DNA of 64,000 nucleotides from Leidyana gryllorum EB-2025a (GCA_048772705.1 JBLWGC010000230.1:744001-808000); one strand, 5' to 3'; positions 46,549 through 57,776 are shown, numbered from the stretch's first letter. The notes: generated from the sequence alone by a model not told the origin. Made by a program: numbers and translations.

Positions 46549-48841
46549 TTAGTGGGGCTCCACCATCACTTCTCGATCAGAGTGATCTATACCGGCATCC
46601 AGATAGTGCTCGGTGCCCACCACCCCCTCTTCTTCATCGGGTGTCAACTTGTACGCTATCGCCCCAATCATCAGTCCCGCAACCACAACTCCAGCAGCTG
46701 CCGGCCCGATCACAATCGGAATCTCTCTTTTCCCTAAAAGCAACAAACGTAATTCACACAAATCAACTCACATCTCTCAACTCACTTGTTGTCTGCGTAG
46801 TGGTAGTCTTAACTTGAGTCGCATTCCAGGGGTTCGTACTATCAGTCACCACACTGTCCGTCTCAGACGTCGTACTCTGTGGTGTAACCGAGGACGTCTT
46901 CGTTGTCGGCGTCGTCGTCGTCGTTGTTGTTGGAGTCGTGGTGGTCGTCGGAGTTGTGGTCGTCGTCGGAGTTGTTGTGGTTGTTGGAGTCGTCGTTGTT
47001 GTTGGAGTTGTTGTGGTTGTTGGAGTCGTCGTTGTTGTTGGAGTTGTTGTGGTGGTCGGAGTCGTCGTTGTTGTTGGGGTCGTGGTGGTGGTCGGAGTCG
47101 TCGTTGTTGTTGGGGTCGTGGTGGTGGTCGGAGTCGTCGTTGTTGTTGGGGTCGTGGTTGTGGTCGGAGTCGTCGTTGTTGTTGGGGTCGTGGTGGTCGT
47201 CGGAGTCGTCGTTGTTGTTGGAGTCGTGGTGGTCGTCGGAGTTGTTGTGGTTGTTGGAGTCGTCGTTGTTGTTGGAGTTGTTGTGGTGGTCGGAGTTGTT
47301 GTTGTTGGAGTTGTTGTGGTCGTCGGAGTTGTTGTGGTCGTCGGAGTTGTTGTGGTCGTCGGAGTTGTTGTGGTTGTTGGAGTCGTGGTGGTCGTCGGAG
47401 TTGTTGTGGTCGTCGGAGTCGTCGTTGTTGTTGGAGTTGTGGTGGTTGTTGGAGTCGTGGTGGTTGTTGGGGTCGTGGTGGTCGTCGGAGTTGTTGTGGT
47501 CGTCGGAGTTGTTGTGGTTGTTGGAGTTGTTGTGGTTGTTGGAGTCGTCGTTGTTGTTGGAGTCGTGGTGGTCGTCGGAGTTGTTGTGGTCGTCGGAGTT
47601 GTTGTGGTTGTTGGAGTTGTTGTGGTTGTTGGAGTCGTCGTTGTTGTTGGAGTTGTTGTGGTGGTCGGAGTCGTCGTTGTTGTTGGGGTCGTGGTGGTGG
47701 TCGGAGTCGTCGTTGTTGTTGGGGTCGTGGTGGTGGTCGGAGTCGTCGTTGTTGTTGGGGTCGTGGTTGTGGTCGGAGTCGTCGTTGTTGTTGGGGTCGT
47801 GGTGGTCGTCGGAGTCGTCGTTGTTGTTGGAGTCGTGGTGGTCGTCGGAGTTGTTGTGGTTGTTGGAGTCGTCGTTGTTGTTGGAGTTGTTGTAGTGGTC
47901 GGAGTTGTTGTTGTTGGAGTTGTTGTGGTGGTCGGAGTTGTTGTGGTGGTCGGAGTTGTTGTGGTTGTTGGAGTCGTCGTTGTTGTTGGAGTCGTGGTGG
48001 TCGTCGGAGTTGTTGTGGTCGGAGTTGTTGTTGTTGGGGTCGTGGTGGTCGTCGGAGTTGTTGTGGTGGTCGGAGTCGTCGTTGTTGTTGGAGTTGTGGT
48101 GGTCGTCGGAGTTGTTGTGGTCGGAGTCGTGGTGGTCGTCGGAGTTGTTGTTGTTGGAGTTGTTGTGGTCGTCGGAGTTGTTGTGGTCGTCGGAGTCGTC
48201 GTTGTTGTTGGAGTCGTGGTGGTCGTCGGAGTTGTTGTGGTCGTCGGAGTTGTTGTGGTTGTTGGAGTCGTCGTTGTTGTTGGAGTCGTGGTGGTCGTCG
48301 GAGTTGTTGTGGTGGTCGGAGTTGTTGTGGTGGTCGGAGTCGTCGTTGTTGTTGGAGTCGTGGTGGTGGTCGCCACGTTGTTCAAGTAGTCCAAGAAACA
48401 AGCCTCGGCCGCACTGCCGGCCCATTTGGTACAGCAGTCGATGGCAGTCTCGCAAGGATACTGCTGCCAGCCAATCAGACAGGTATTGGCATCCCATGAG
48501 GCTGTGGTAGTGCAAACTCTGCATGTCTGGACATTGTCGGCCGCTGGTGCTACGCATCCGGGTGAAGCGGATGGGTATATATCACTTTGTTGACTGGTCT
48601 TCAGACACGCTGAGCGGTCTTTGACGGTCGGAGCTTTCTCGCAGCAGTCTGCTATAGTGGGATAGCAAGGGTCCGCGTTCCATCCTCGTCCGCATTGTGA
48701 TGAAGGGGGGTTCCATTGGGTGACTCGCTCGCAGGGATAGCAGTAATCAGGCAGATAAGGATGTGCAGAGAAACATTCTGAGGCTTTCACAGTGCCAATG
48801 ATTAGAATGGCGCTTGAGATGACTGATAGCCAATTCAGCAT
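46549..48841 (-). CDS. Adhesin 10: two 8-Cys modules, very long PTTTTT mucin, TM (no PAN)
   Basis: 692 aa exon plus an intron at ~46734-46771 joining ELRD|GKREIPIVIG to the TM exon. Confidence 0.88.
46905..48375 (-). repeat. 18-nt coding repeat (PTTTTT)n, about 80 units
   Basis: Continuous gtt/gtg/gtc/gga array. Confidence 0.95.
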
Positions 48842-49172
48842 TGCTCAGAAATATGTGTGATCGGGCACGCCTCACATTTCTCGGTGATGGGTCGCGTCCC
48901 CGCCGCCGATCTGATTTGATGACATGAGACCACTGTAAGATGATATTCGACACGTCAATCTCTGATCTCATCTACGATCGATCTCCGTTACCTCTCCATC
49001 GGAGAAGACCCAAAGTGGAGATCTCACATTGCAGATTACTGCCACGCCACTCTGCACTTTTATCCTCATATGAAAATTACTCATCAAGTCTCGTGTTGAT
49101 TTGCTCTCTTTTATGAGAGCCGTAAGCAAATAGCTATGCATATGTACACTTTTCAATGAACGAGTCAGGATT

Positions 49173-52100
49173 CTAAGCATATGAAGTCTCAACGGGCACC
49201 TCGTAAGTTTCGTAATCCCCTGCGGGCTCAGCTCCGGCATTCTCAACCCACTCAGCTTCAGCTTCCGGACCAGGAGCGCCACCACCGAGACTCTTGTAAC
49301 CCATAGCCGCAGCTCCAATGGCAGCTGCACCCGCTCCGGCGCTACCAACAATCACCGCAGTACTCGGACCTCCACCGCCTCCTGTGGTGGTGGTAGTCGT
49401 CGCTTCAGTCACTAGAGGCTCGGTTTCGGCCGGTAACGAGGGCTTCACGGTCTCAGATGCTCCCACAGTCGTTGATGCCACTGGAGGAACCGTGACAGCT
49501 GCTTTGGTGGTGGGTTGCGTAGCCTCAATCGGGACGGTAGCGATCCCTTGAGTTGTGGTGGTCGGCATAGTCGCCTCAATAGGAGCAGTAGCAATACCCT
49601 GAGTAGTGGTTGGCATAGTGGCCTCGATCGGGACAGTAGCCAGGCCCTGGGTGGTTGTAGTGGGCATAGTGGCCTCAATGGGGACAGTAGCCATACCCTG
49701 AGTAGTGGTCGTCGGCATAGTCGCCTCAATAGGAGCAGTAGCAATACCCTGGGTGGTGGTCGGCATAGTGGCTTCGATCGGGACGGTAGCGATTCCTTGA
49801 GTAGTGGTGGTGGGCATAGTCGCCTCAATAGGAGCAGTAGCAATACCCTGAGTAGTGGTGGTGGGCATTGTGGCCTCGATCGGAACAGTAGCGATGCCCT
49901 GGGTGGTGGTGGGCTCAGTGTGCTCAGCGGTCAGAGTCATCAGGCCCTGAGTGGTAGTGGTGGGCATAGTCGCCTCAATAGGAACGGTAGCGATACCCTG
50001 AGTAGTGGTGGTGGGCATTGTGGCCTCGATCGGAACAGTAGCGATGCCCTGAGTGGTGGTCGGCATAGTCGCCTCAATAGGAACGGTAGCGATACCCTGA
50101 GTAGTGGTGGTGGGCATTGTGGCCTCGATCGGAACAGTAGCGATGCCCTGAGTGGTGGTCGGCATAGTGGCCTCAATAGGAACGGTAGCGATACCCTGAG
50201 TAGTGGTGGTGGGCATTGTGGCCTCGATCGGAACAGTAGCGATGCCCTGGGTGGTGGTGGGCTCAGTGTGCTCAGCGGTCAGAGTCATCAGGCCCTGAGT
50301 GGTAGTGGTGGGCATAGTCGCCTCAATAGGAACGGTAGCGATGCCCTGAGTGGTAGTGGGCTCAGTGTGCTCAGCGGTTAGGGTCATCAGGCCCTGAGTG
50401 GTAGTGGTGGGCATTGTGGCCTCAATCGGGACGGTAGCAACACCCTGAGTAGTGGTGGGCTCAGTGTGCTCGGCCGTGAGGGTCATCAGGCCCTGAGTGG
50501 TAGTGGTGGGCATTGTGGCCTCAATCGGCACTGTAGCGATGCCCTGAGTGGTAGTGGGCTCAGTGTGCTCAGCGGTTAGGGTCATCAGGCCCTGGGTGGT
50601 AGTGGTGGGCATAGTCGCCTCAATCGGGACGGTAGCGATACCCTGAGTAGTGGTGGGCATAGTGGCCTCAATTGGAAGGGTCACGACGCCTTGTGTGGTG
50701 GTGGTCGTGGTGGTCGTCGTAGTGGTGGTGGTCGTCGTAGTGGTGGTGGTCGTAGTGGTTGGAATTGTTGTGGTGGTTGCCTCAGTGGTGGTCTTGGGGG
50801 ACGGAGTGGTGCCTCCCTCTGCCAAACAGCGATCGACATCAGCGCTATGTTTGAGACAGCAGTTGACTATGGTAGCGGAGCAGACCTTAGGGTCCCAGCC
50901 GATTTGACAGTAGTCCCAGTCCCAAGCGGTGAATTCCTGGCAGGGTCCACAAAGGTTGGTGTCCTCAGGGAGCGGTGCATAGCAAGGCGGGTTGGGTTCC
51001 GGCGTGATATCGGGATCACTGGTGTCGAGACAGTACTGCTTGTTGGAGATGGACCAGTTGGAGCAGCATTTCTCGAGGGAGTCGTTACACTCAAAGTTGG
51101 TTAGACCAATCTGGCAGCTTCGGGAGCTCCAGCTGGTTCGTTCGTCACAGTGAGAGCAGACATCCTTGAGGACTGGGTGAGGTGCAAAGCAGACGTCAGT
51201 GGGTTGAGTACTCTTTGGTGCCTCGGCGGTGGTCGATCCGCTGCTCTCTTCCTCGTCGATACTGTTGTCGAGACAGTGTTGTTTGTTGCCAGAGACATGT
51301 TTGGAGCAGCAGTTGGCGGGGGTGTTGGAGCAGATGAAGTTGTCGTATCCGTTCATACAGTAATTGGAATCCCAGGGTGCCCGTTCCTGGCAGGGACCAC
51401 AGATGGATCGATCTCCGACGACGGGGGCGTAGCAGACGGCGCCTCCTTCATTCGAGTTGGTGGTAGTGGCTTCAGTAGTGGTGGTGGGAGCAGTTGTTGT
51501 GGTGGTGGGAGCAGTGGTAGTTGCGGGCGCCTTAGTGACGAGCGTAGAGGTGACGGAGCACTTGTTATCCGAGGCGGCGAGACCACAGTGTTGGGCTCCA
51601 CTGACGTGGAGGGCCGATTCCCAGACGCATACTTTGGTGTTATCGCAGGTGAGACAGTTGTATCCCCCGGCCTGACAGACAGCGGGCATACCGACATTGC
51701 AGTAAGTAGCGTCAGAGACGCGAGAGCCCGACGCGGTGGATTGGGCAATAGCCTTTTCGACCTGAGTAGCGCTCTTGAGTCCGCACTCTCCGATAGTGGG
51801 GCTCCAGAAGAAGTTGACACAGCCCTCAGTTTGTTGGCAGATGGTCTGACATTCGGCGGCTGAAGCAGTTCGGCGGACAGCATTGTCCATAGTAGACAAC
51901 TTGGTGGGCTCGACATAGCCGTAGATGTATTTGTGGAAACAGGCTTCCCCCGGATTGTTTGCCTCCTGGCATTTCTTCTGGAACTCAGTCGAGTCAGGGC
52001 TCTTGGAGCAGAGGTCGTGACATTGAACGTTGGTCAAAGTCGAGTCGATCGAGATGACGTGATCGCAGTTGGGTCCAGAAGCGCTGGCGGCCGCCGAGCT

Positions 52101-52334
52101 GCTAAGACATTGCGCTTGATTCGAAATAGTCCAGTGCTTGCAGCAATCTTCAATCGTAGACGAGCATTCCGCCTCGTTGCCATTCATCACCATGCACCAG
52201 CTGTTGCTCCAGCCAGTGAAAGTCTGGCACGGCTCACATTTGTTGGGCGTAGTCGCAGACGGGGCGATGCAGGTCGCTCCTGCGAAGGTCTGCAGAAGAG
52301 CTCCAGCGAAACAAGCTCCTATGCTAAGTCTCAT
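49173..52334 (-). CDS. Adhesin 11: four 8-Cys modules, PAN variant, (TQGIATVPIEATMPTT)n stalk, TM, tail
   Basis: ~1050 aa ORF; MRLSIGACFAG signal peptide; SAAECQTICQQTEGC; tail AEAEW...ETSYA. Confidence 0.9.
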   Translation of the reverse strand: MRLSIGACFAGALLQTFAGATCIAPSATTPNKCEPCQTFTGWSNSWCMVMNGNEAECSSTIEDCCKHWTISNQAQCLSSSAAASASGPNCDHVISIDSTLTNVQCHDLCSKSPDSTEFQKKCQEANNPGEACFHKYIYGYVEPTKLSTMDNAVRRTASAAECQTICQQTEGCVNFFWSPTIGECGLKSATQVEKAIAQSTASGSRVSDATYCNVGMPAVCQAGGYNCLTCDNTKVCVWESALHVSGAQHCGLAASDNKCSVTSTLVTKAPATTTAPTTTTTAPTTTTEATTTNSNEGGAVCYAPVVGDRSICGPCQERAPWDSNYCMNGYDNFICSNTPANCCSKHVSGNKQHCLDNSIDEEESSGSTTAEAPKSTQPTDVCFAPHPVLKDVCSHCDERTSWSSRSCQIGLTNFECNDSLEKCCSNWSISNKQYCLDTSDPDITPEPNPPCYAPLPEDTNLCGPCQEFTAWDWDYCQIGWDPKVCSATIVNCCLKHSADVDRCLAEGGTTPSPKTTTEATTTTIPTTTTTTTTTTTTTTTTTTTTTTQGVVTLPIEATMPTTTQGIATVPIEATMPTTTTQGLMTLTAEHTEPTTTQGIATVPIEATMPTTTTQGLMTLTAEHTEPTTTQGVATVPIEATMPTTTTQGLMTLTAEHTEPTTTQGIATVPIEATMPTTTTQGLMTLTAEHTEPTTTQGIATVPIEATMPTTTTQGIATVPIEATMPTTTQGIATVPIEATMPTTTTQGIATVPIEATMPTTTQGIATVPIEATMPTTTTQGIATVPIEATMPTTTTQGLMTLTAEHTEPTTTQGIATVPIEATMPTTTTQGIATAPIEATMPTTTTQGIATVPIEATMPTTTQGIATAPIEATMPTTTTQGMATVPIEATMPTTTTQGLATVPIEATMPTTTQGIATAPIEATMPTTTTQGIATVPIEATQPTTKAAVTVPPVASTTVGASETVKPSLPAETEPLVTEATTTTTTGGGGGPSTAVIVGSAGAGAAAIGAAAMGYKSLGGGAPGPEAEAEWVENAGAEPAGDYETYEVPVETSYA

Positions 52335-52552
52335 GCTGCACAGTGACTGCAAGGGATGAGGCTAATGTGTTATTACGATCAACTTTGCATGCCGTCAAGT
52401 TGGCATTAATGTGCAATGAACTCAGTCTCCACCACGTCCCTTGATACTCAAGTGACGAATAACATTGCATGCCGCGAAAAATCGGTATTGCTCATCCACA
52501 GTCTCGAATGTCACTATCAAAGGATGCTGCTTCTCACTGCTCGTCTCAAAGA

Positions 52553-53360
52553 CTACGCCACATAGATGGGCAGCGGCAGCCTCCGCAGGCAGTGGAGACG
52601 AATTCTTCTCGAATTTAGAGATACTCGAAACCTGAATGTGTGTGTGTGAGTGGAGTGGGGAGTGAGGAGTGGGGGAGGGGGAATTGTGTGTGTGTGGGGG
52701 GGGGGAGGGGGAATTGTGTGTGTGTGGGGGGGGGGAGGGGGAAGTGTGTGTGTGTGAGTGTGTGTGTGTGTGTGAGTGGCACTGACCTGGCTGAGGTCAT
52801 ATATATAGATATTGTCTGCCTCGCCAACTGGTGTGACATTGATATCCTGTGATCGAGAGATTTCACATTCAAGTCGTTCTCGGATGCCGCTTCTTACCCT
52901 CAATCGCTTGTCTAATCTAAAGTGCCCCGCTCGAATTTGGCGCGACTCATCATCGTAGTAGGCAACGGGGAACCCCTCTTGTGCATCCTGTTTGGTAGAA
53001 GGGGGTGTGTGATGATTGAATTTCAATGAATCTCAAAGCCCAGCACGGGCGTCTCACTCACTCATACACTTACTCGTATAAACTCCTTGACTAGGCGCTT
53101 GAGAGCAACTTTTTGTGACTCCTAAGTTGCAATGGTGGGTTAGATCGTTGGCAAAGAGCTCACCTTGGTGGAGACGTCAGTCCCGAGGGAACCGGTCTGG
53201 CGGGGATAACTGTTGGCCCCTCCTGTTGGTATGTTCTCACCTGTTTCTCTGCCGAGGAGTAGGATCCCTTCTTACCTGTGAAGGGTTCGAGCTCGTCACG
53301 ATCGACGTCTTTGTCTCGGCAGCATCCACATTTCTGAAATAAGGATATGGCAAAGTTCAT
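52553..53360 (-). CDS. Hypothetical multi-exon protein with Cys-cluster N-terminus (possible palmitoylation)
   Basis: MNFAISLFQKCGCC; GT-AG introns link to the QEGFPVAYYDDESRQIR exon; exact structure uncertain. Confidence 0.45.
52636..52776. repeat. (TG)n and G-run minisatellite (30-nt unit), probably intronic
   Basis: gaattgtgtgtgtgtggggggggggagggg x2 plus TG tracts. Confidence 0.8.
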
Positions 53361-53620
53361 GGCCCCAAAAGCGGCAACTCCATGCGTTTCGAGCAGTGCA
53401 TGTTGTGTTCGAAAGCCATAAGCAAAACTGTCTAATGTGGAGATGGAGACCCCTCTCCTTCTATCTGTCTGCCGTAATCGAACCGCGGGGTGGGGTGGGA
53501 GGCTATAGCGTTTTGGTTACGATTGATTGCGATTGAATGTGATTGAGTTGAGTAGCGAGTGAATGATAGAGTTCGATGGTCTGTTTGCGAGAAAAGACGA
53601 TGGATGGAGACACACGCACT

Positions 53621-54097
53621 TTACTTCTTCATCTTAGCAAGATGAGCTTGGAGGCCGTATCTGCCGGTAGTCTTGGTGTGTTGACCACGAACGCGGAAGC
53701 CCCAGAAGTGACGGAGACCCTTGTTGCAACGGATCTTCTTGATACGTTCAAGATCGTCACGGAGGGCAATATCAACACCGTTGGCTACAACGTGTCTGTC
53801 TTGGCCGTCCTTGAAGTCTCTCTGTCTGTTGAGGAACCAGGTGGGCACCTTGAACTTTTGGGGAGCAGCAATGATGGCGGTAAGCTTCTCGACTTCCTCG
53901 TTGGAGAGTTCACCGGCGCGGCGGTTGATGTCAATGTCAGCCTTCTTGCAGATGAGGATGGCGAAGCGTCTGCCAATGCCACGAATAGCAGTCAGAGCGA
54001 CCCAAACCTTGCGTTTGCCCTCAACATTGGTGTTGAGAATACGCAGAATGTGCTGGAAGTCAGGGCACTGGAGGCCGGCAGGACTGGTGGATGCCAT
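53621..54097 (-). CDS. RPS18: 40S ribosomal protein S18 (uS13)
   Basis: [65 protein letters not shown]. Confidence 0.97.
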   Translation of the reverse strand: MASTSPAGLQCPDFQHILRILNTNVEGKRKVWVALTAIRGIGRRFAILICKKADIDINRRAGELSNEEVEKLTAIIAAPQKFKVPTWFLNRQRDFKDGQDRHVVANGVDIALRDDLERIKKIRCNKGLRHFWGFRVRGQHTKTTGRYGLQAHLAKMKK

Positions 54098-54220
54098 CTT
54101 CAACTCGCAAAAAAAACCACTCCACGGCAAACTTGCCCTATAATTTCTTTTCGCTCAGCGACACAACAATTTCTCTCTCGGAGGCTTTGAGAGAGAGTGT
54201 CCAATCAATACGCAACGCTA

Positions 54221-57200
54221 TCAGAGTGTGATTTCAAGAATGTCCCACGCAAGGAACCCTGTGTGTTGTCTGCCAGCTACCAGCTTGAACACCGAAGTGA
54301 GGCCAGCCGGCCGTTCAAAGGTGCACTTGAGCTCGGGGTACGAGTAGAACATTCCCTTTGGAGGGCCTTCGACTACTTTTGTCCTCGGGATCGCGCCAGC
54401 GCCTATGGGATTCGAGGCCAGGAACCACCAGCTGGTCTGCGGTGTCGGGGTGCGGCCAGCAGCGTAGTCCTCTCCTTGGATGCGAACCTTCGCGTGGCGC
54501 AGCTCAGCCATCGATCCGACCACAAAGATGGCCTGGGATCCCATGTGACGGCATTCGGGCGCGCTCAGCAGTTTCAGCCGTTTGTACGCCTCCGTCGAGG
54601 TCTCGGGGATGCCCTTCTCCGCCACTTCGTCCGCAATGTCGCCTCGCTGCAACAGATAAAAGGCAAACTTCTCCGCAATCAGTGAATCTGTCTTCATGGC
54701 AAACGTCTTCAGAGTGGCCAACGGCGATTTGTCCCAGGCTGAGTTCTGTGCGTTCCGACGAATGTGAAGTAACTGAGGCAGGTTCAACAAGGCCAGGTTC
54801 GAAGCAACGTCCGCACAATCTGTAGCTGTCAACGACTTGAGCTCAAGACTACCTTTGATCAGATTGTCAAAGATCCGCTTGTTGCGACCCACACGCAGTA
54901 AACCGTTAGGACGACGTTCGTATTCGTGCAGTAAGTACGGCACCGAGTCGAACTGTAAAATGATCTCCTTGAGCGCGCGGTTAATCAACATCGACTCGGA
55001 CGACTGAAACTGATCAATGCTTCCACTGAACCGCTCAGACACACGGGGTGGGGCCGCAACCGGACTCTTCGCAGGCGCACGGGTCAGACTACCCCCTGCC
55101 TTCCGTTCTGCAAGCAAACTATCCTGCCGTTCGATGACCAGGTCAACCCGAACCTTTCCAGGTTCGTTCTTTCCAGCTGACGCAATTGCACTTTCTTCTT
55201 TCTCACTGGCACCGATCTCAGGCGTAGTTTCGCCGCTGCCAGCATCTCTCTCACTGATGAGCTCGGGTGCCGCGGTTGACTCGCCAACTTTTTCCACCTC
55301 ACCCGCAATTCCGCCTTCAACTTGAGCACTCGCAGCAGGACCTTCTGCTGCTTCTTGTTCTTCTGCTGCTGCCGCTGGTGCCGCTGATGCCGTCTCCGGT
55401 GCCGCTGATGCCGTCTCCACTGCCGCTGACGCCGTCTCCGGTGCCGCTGGTGCCGTCTCCGGTGCCGCTGGTGCCGTCTCCGGTGCCGCTGGTGCCGTCT
55501 CCGGTGCCGCTGGTGCCGTCTCCGGTGCCGCTGGTGCCGTCTCCGGTGCCGCCTCCGCGTGAACTTTGTCTTTCTCGGCCACAGTTTCCTCTACCACGGC
55601 CGCCGGAGTCACGGGCACCTCCTCTATTGCGGGTTCAGTGATTTGAGCTGCCGTCTCCTCTTCGCCGCCTGCCGTCTCCCCTTCACCTTCTTGCTCCTTC
55701 TCCTCCTCCTCCTCCTCCTCCTCGGCAGTTTGGAGGATGTTTTCGTCTCCTTCTACTGGTTCGGCCTCGCCTTCGCCTTCGCCTGCGGCTTCCTCAGCCC
55801 AATATGCCGAGGCGTCATAATACTGCGGGATGAAGACGTGAGCTGAAGAGGGCGGCCACCATCACAAAGCGGTCTCACCTGGCCATCCTCCTGGTTCCAG
55901 ACCGGGATGGTCCCCTCATTGATGGCGGCTTGAGTCTCTTCGTCAATATAGACATACGACTCCTGTTCCCAGTCGTAGTAGTAGTACGCTGACCAATCGG
56001 GATCAAAGTAGAGCACATTGCCGTAATAATAGTATGTTTCTTGCCAGATGTCATAATACGTAGGCACTGCTTCGTCGTACTCTATGGGAGCGCCCCAATA
56101 CTCTTCTTCGCCCTCTCCTTCGCCCTCTCCTTCGCCCTCTCCTTCACCCTCCTCGCCAGCATCGACTTGTTCCTCTTCAGCTGCGGCCTCGGCCGCCTCT
56201 GCAGCAGTGTCCTCGTGATCTGCCGGGACGCCGCCTTCTTGAGTACTCTCCTTGGCTGTGTCCAGGGGCGACGGTGTGGCTGGCGCGGCCGTGTCGGGGG
56301 TGGCGGGCACCTCTTCTTGGTCGTCCGTAGCCTTGCCGGCATCTGCGTTCTGGGCGAGGGATGCCGCCTTGACTAAACCGGATATTTGCTGTCTGAAACG
56401 ACCACCGCCCGCCTTGGGGTGTTTCGAGACAACTTCGTTCTTGAACGACATACTGGCCCGCACGAGTTCGTCGATGCCCATTATTGGCTGACACGCGAGA
56501 ACATGCCAAGTCACGTGTTGACCAGCAGATGCATTGAAGGCTTCAGTGTCTCGCACTTCTCCGAGACAGTACACATAGCCGGGTTGAGGATCAGATCGCC
56601 TCCGAGTAAACACTTTGAGAGATGGGTACTCAAAGAACAGACCTCGAACCTCCTCAATGGTATCGGGAATCTTTGTACCACAAAATAGGAACCAATCCGA
56701 ATTCTCCACATTGAACGAGAATGAGACATTCGAATTCAATTGCCGCCGCAACGCTCCTACGTGCAGCAGCAACCTGCGGCCCAAAAACTTCCTTTCCGCG
56801 TTCGTGAATGCCTCAATCCTCTGCTGTTGTTGTTCATCCTCACTGTCCGAGTAATACAAATTCGATCGATGCAACAATGTTGACATCAACTTCTCGTTCA
56901 AAGCCTCCTCCATACAATTTGCAAAGTCTCGAATCTCCGGAATACCCGATCGCTGAAGATCGGAAGCTTCGCAGTGCTGACGAAGCATAATTAGCTGCGA
57001 CAAGTTCAGATAAGTCACATTCCCTGTCGCAGTGCGGATCGCTCCAATCGCCTGGTTCTTGATAGAATCCCCCTTAATCAACCGAGACAACAGAGCTTTC
57101 GAACTACCAACCACTAGCACTCCCGACGGACGACGCTCCCATTGGTCCAACTCCTCCTGAAGACCAAATTTCACATGAAAACCAACAACACATGCAACGG

Positions 57201-57704
57201 GCACTGAGGAAAAACAAAACACCGCCAGGACTGGACTCATCAGCCACCCATAGCGACACAACCAACAAAAGCCTCCGACAACGGCCTCCGACAAAGGCCT
57301 CAACACCCAGCACACACGTGTGCAACGTCAAACAACTGTGATGCCAAACAAGTGTGATTCAATACAAGCAACGCCAAACAAGTGTGATCCGAGCACCACC
57401 ACGCATTCTTGAGCTCTATGCCGACGTTGTGGCCTGATCGCAACGTTCGGGCCGTCTCCATGACAAATAGAACACGTCACGAGCTCTGGAGTGCTTGACT
57501 TACCAGGTTCACCAAATCTTCGTGATCCTTGATAAAGTCGTAGGCAGCGTTCTTGATTTCGTCTTCGGGGGCACGGAAAAGATCGATGATCATCTCCGCA
57601 AAGGGTGATCTCATGCGAGAGTGCTGACGCACGGGTGAGGGTGTCTCCAGACTGAGAGTGTGGTTGAGGTTCATAGGCATGGGTATGGTGGTTTCGAGGG
57701 ACAT
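54221..57704 (-). CDS. Large hypothetical protein: duplicated ~230-aa domain flanking an OCRE-like Tyr-rich segment and acidic APETAPA repeats (3 exons)
   Basis: Splices LVNL|EELDQW (~57157-57503) and DGQ|YYDAS (~55823-55878) join three ORFs in frame; the two halves share ERRP.G.L.VG..K....LIKG, LNL.QL, F..YP.LK..F.R. Confidence 0.7.
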
Positions 57705-57776
57705 GCCAAGACGGGGTGTGCACTCTTTTTTTGATAACGCTCCGATAGTTTTCACTTGTTGCGTTAATAAAGAATA

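Noticed and set aside
46613-48557. Long alternative-frame ORFs (Cys/Arg/Gly, Val/Gly, Asn/Asp/His, Trp/Ser/Leu) over the mucin repeats; same at 36973-38475 and 40648-41355
   Set aside because: Shadow frames of stop-free tandem repeats; only the Thr/Pro or Ser/Glu frame has a signal peptide and TM
53576-54190. 204-aa + strand ORF opposite RPS18 (and 57477-58382 opposite the lyase)
   Set aside because: Antisense shadows of codon-biased genes; only the 57504-57704 part is used, as exon 1 of the neighbouring gene
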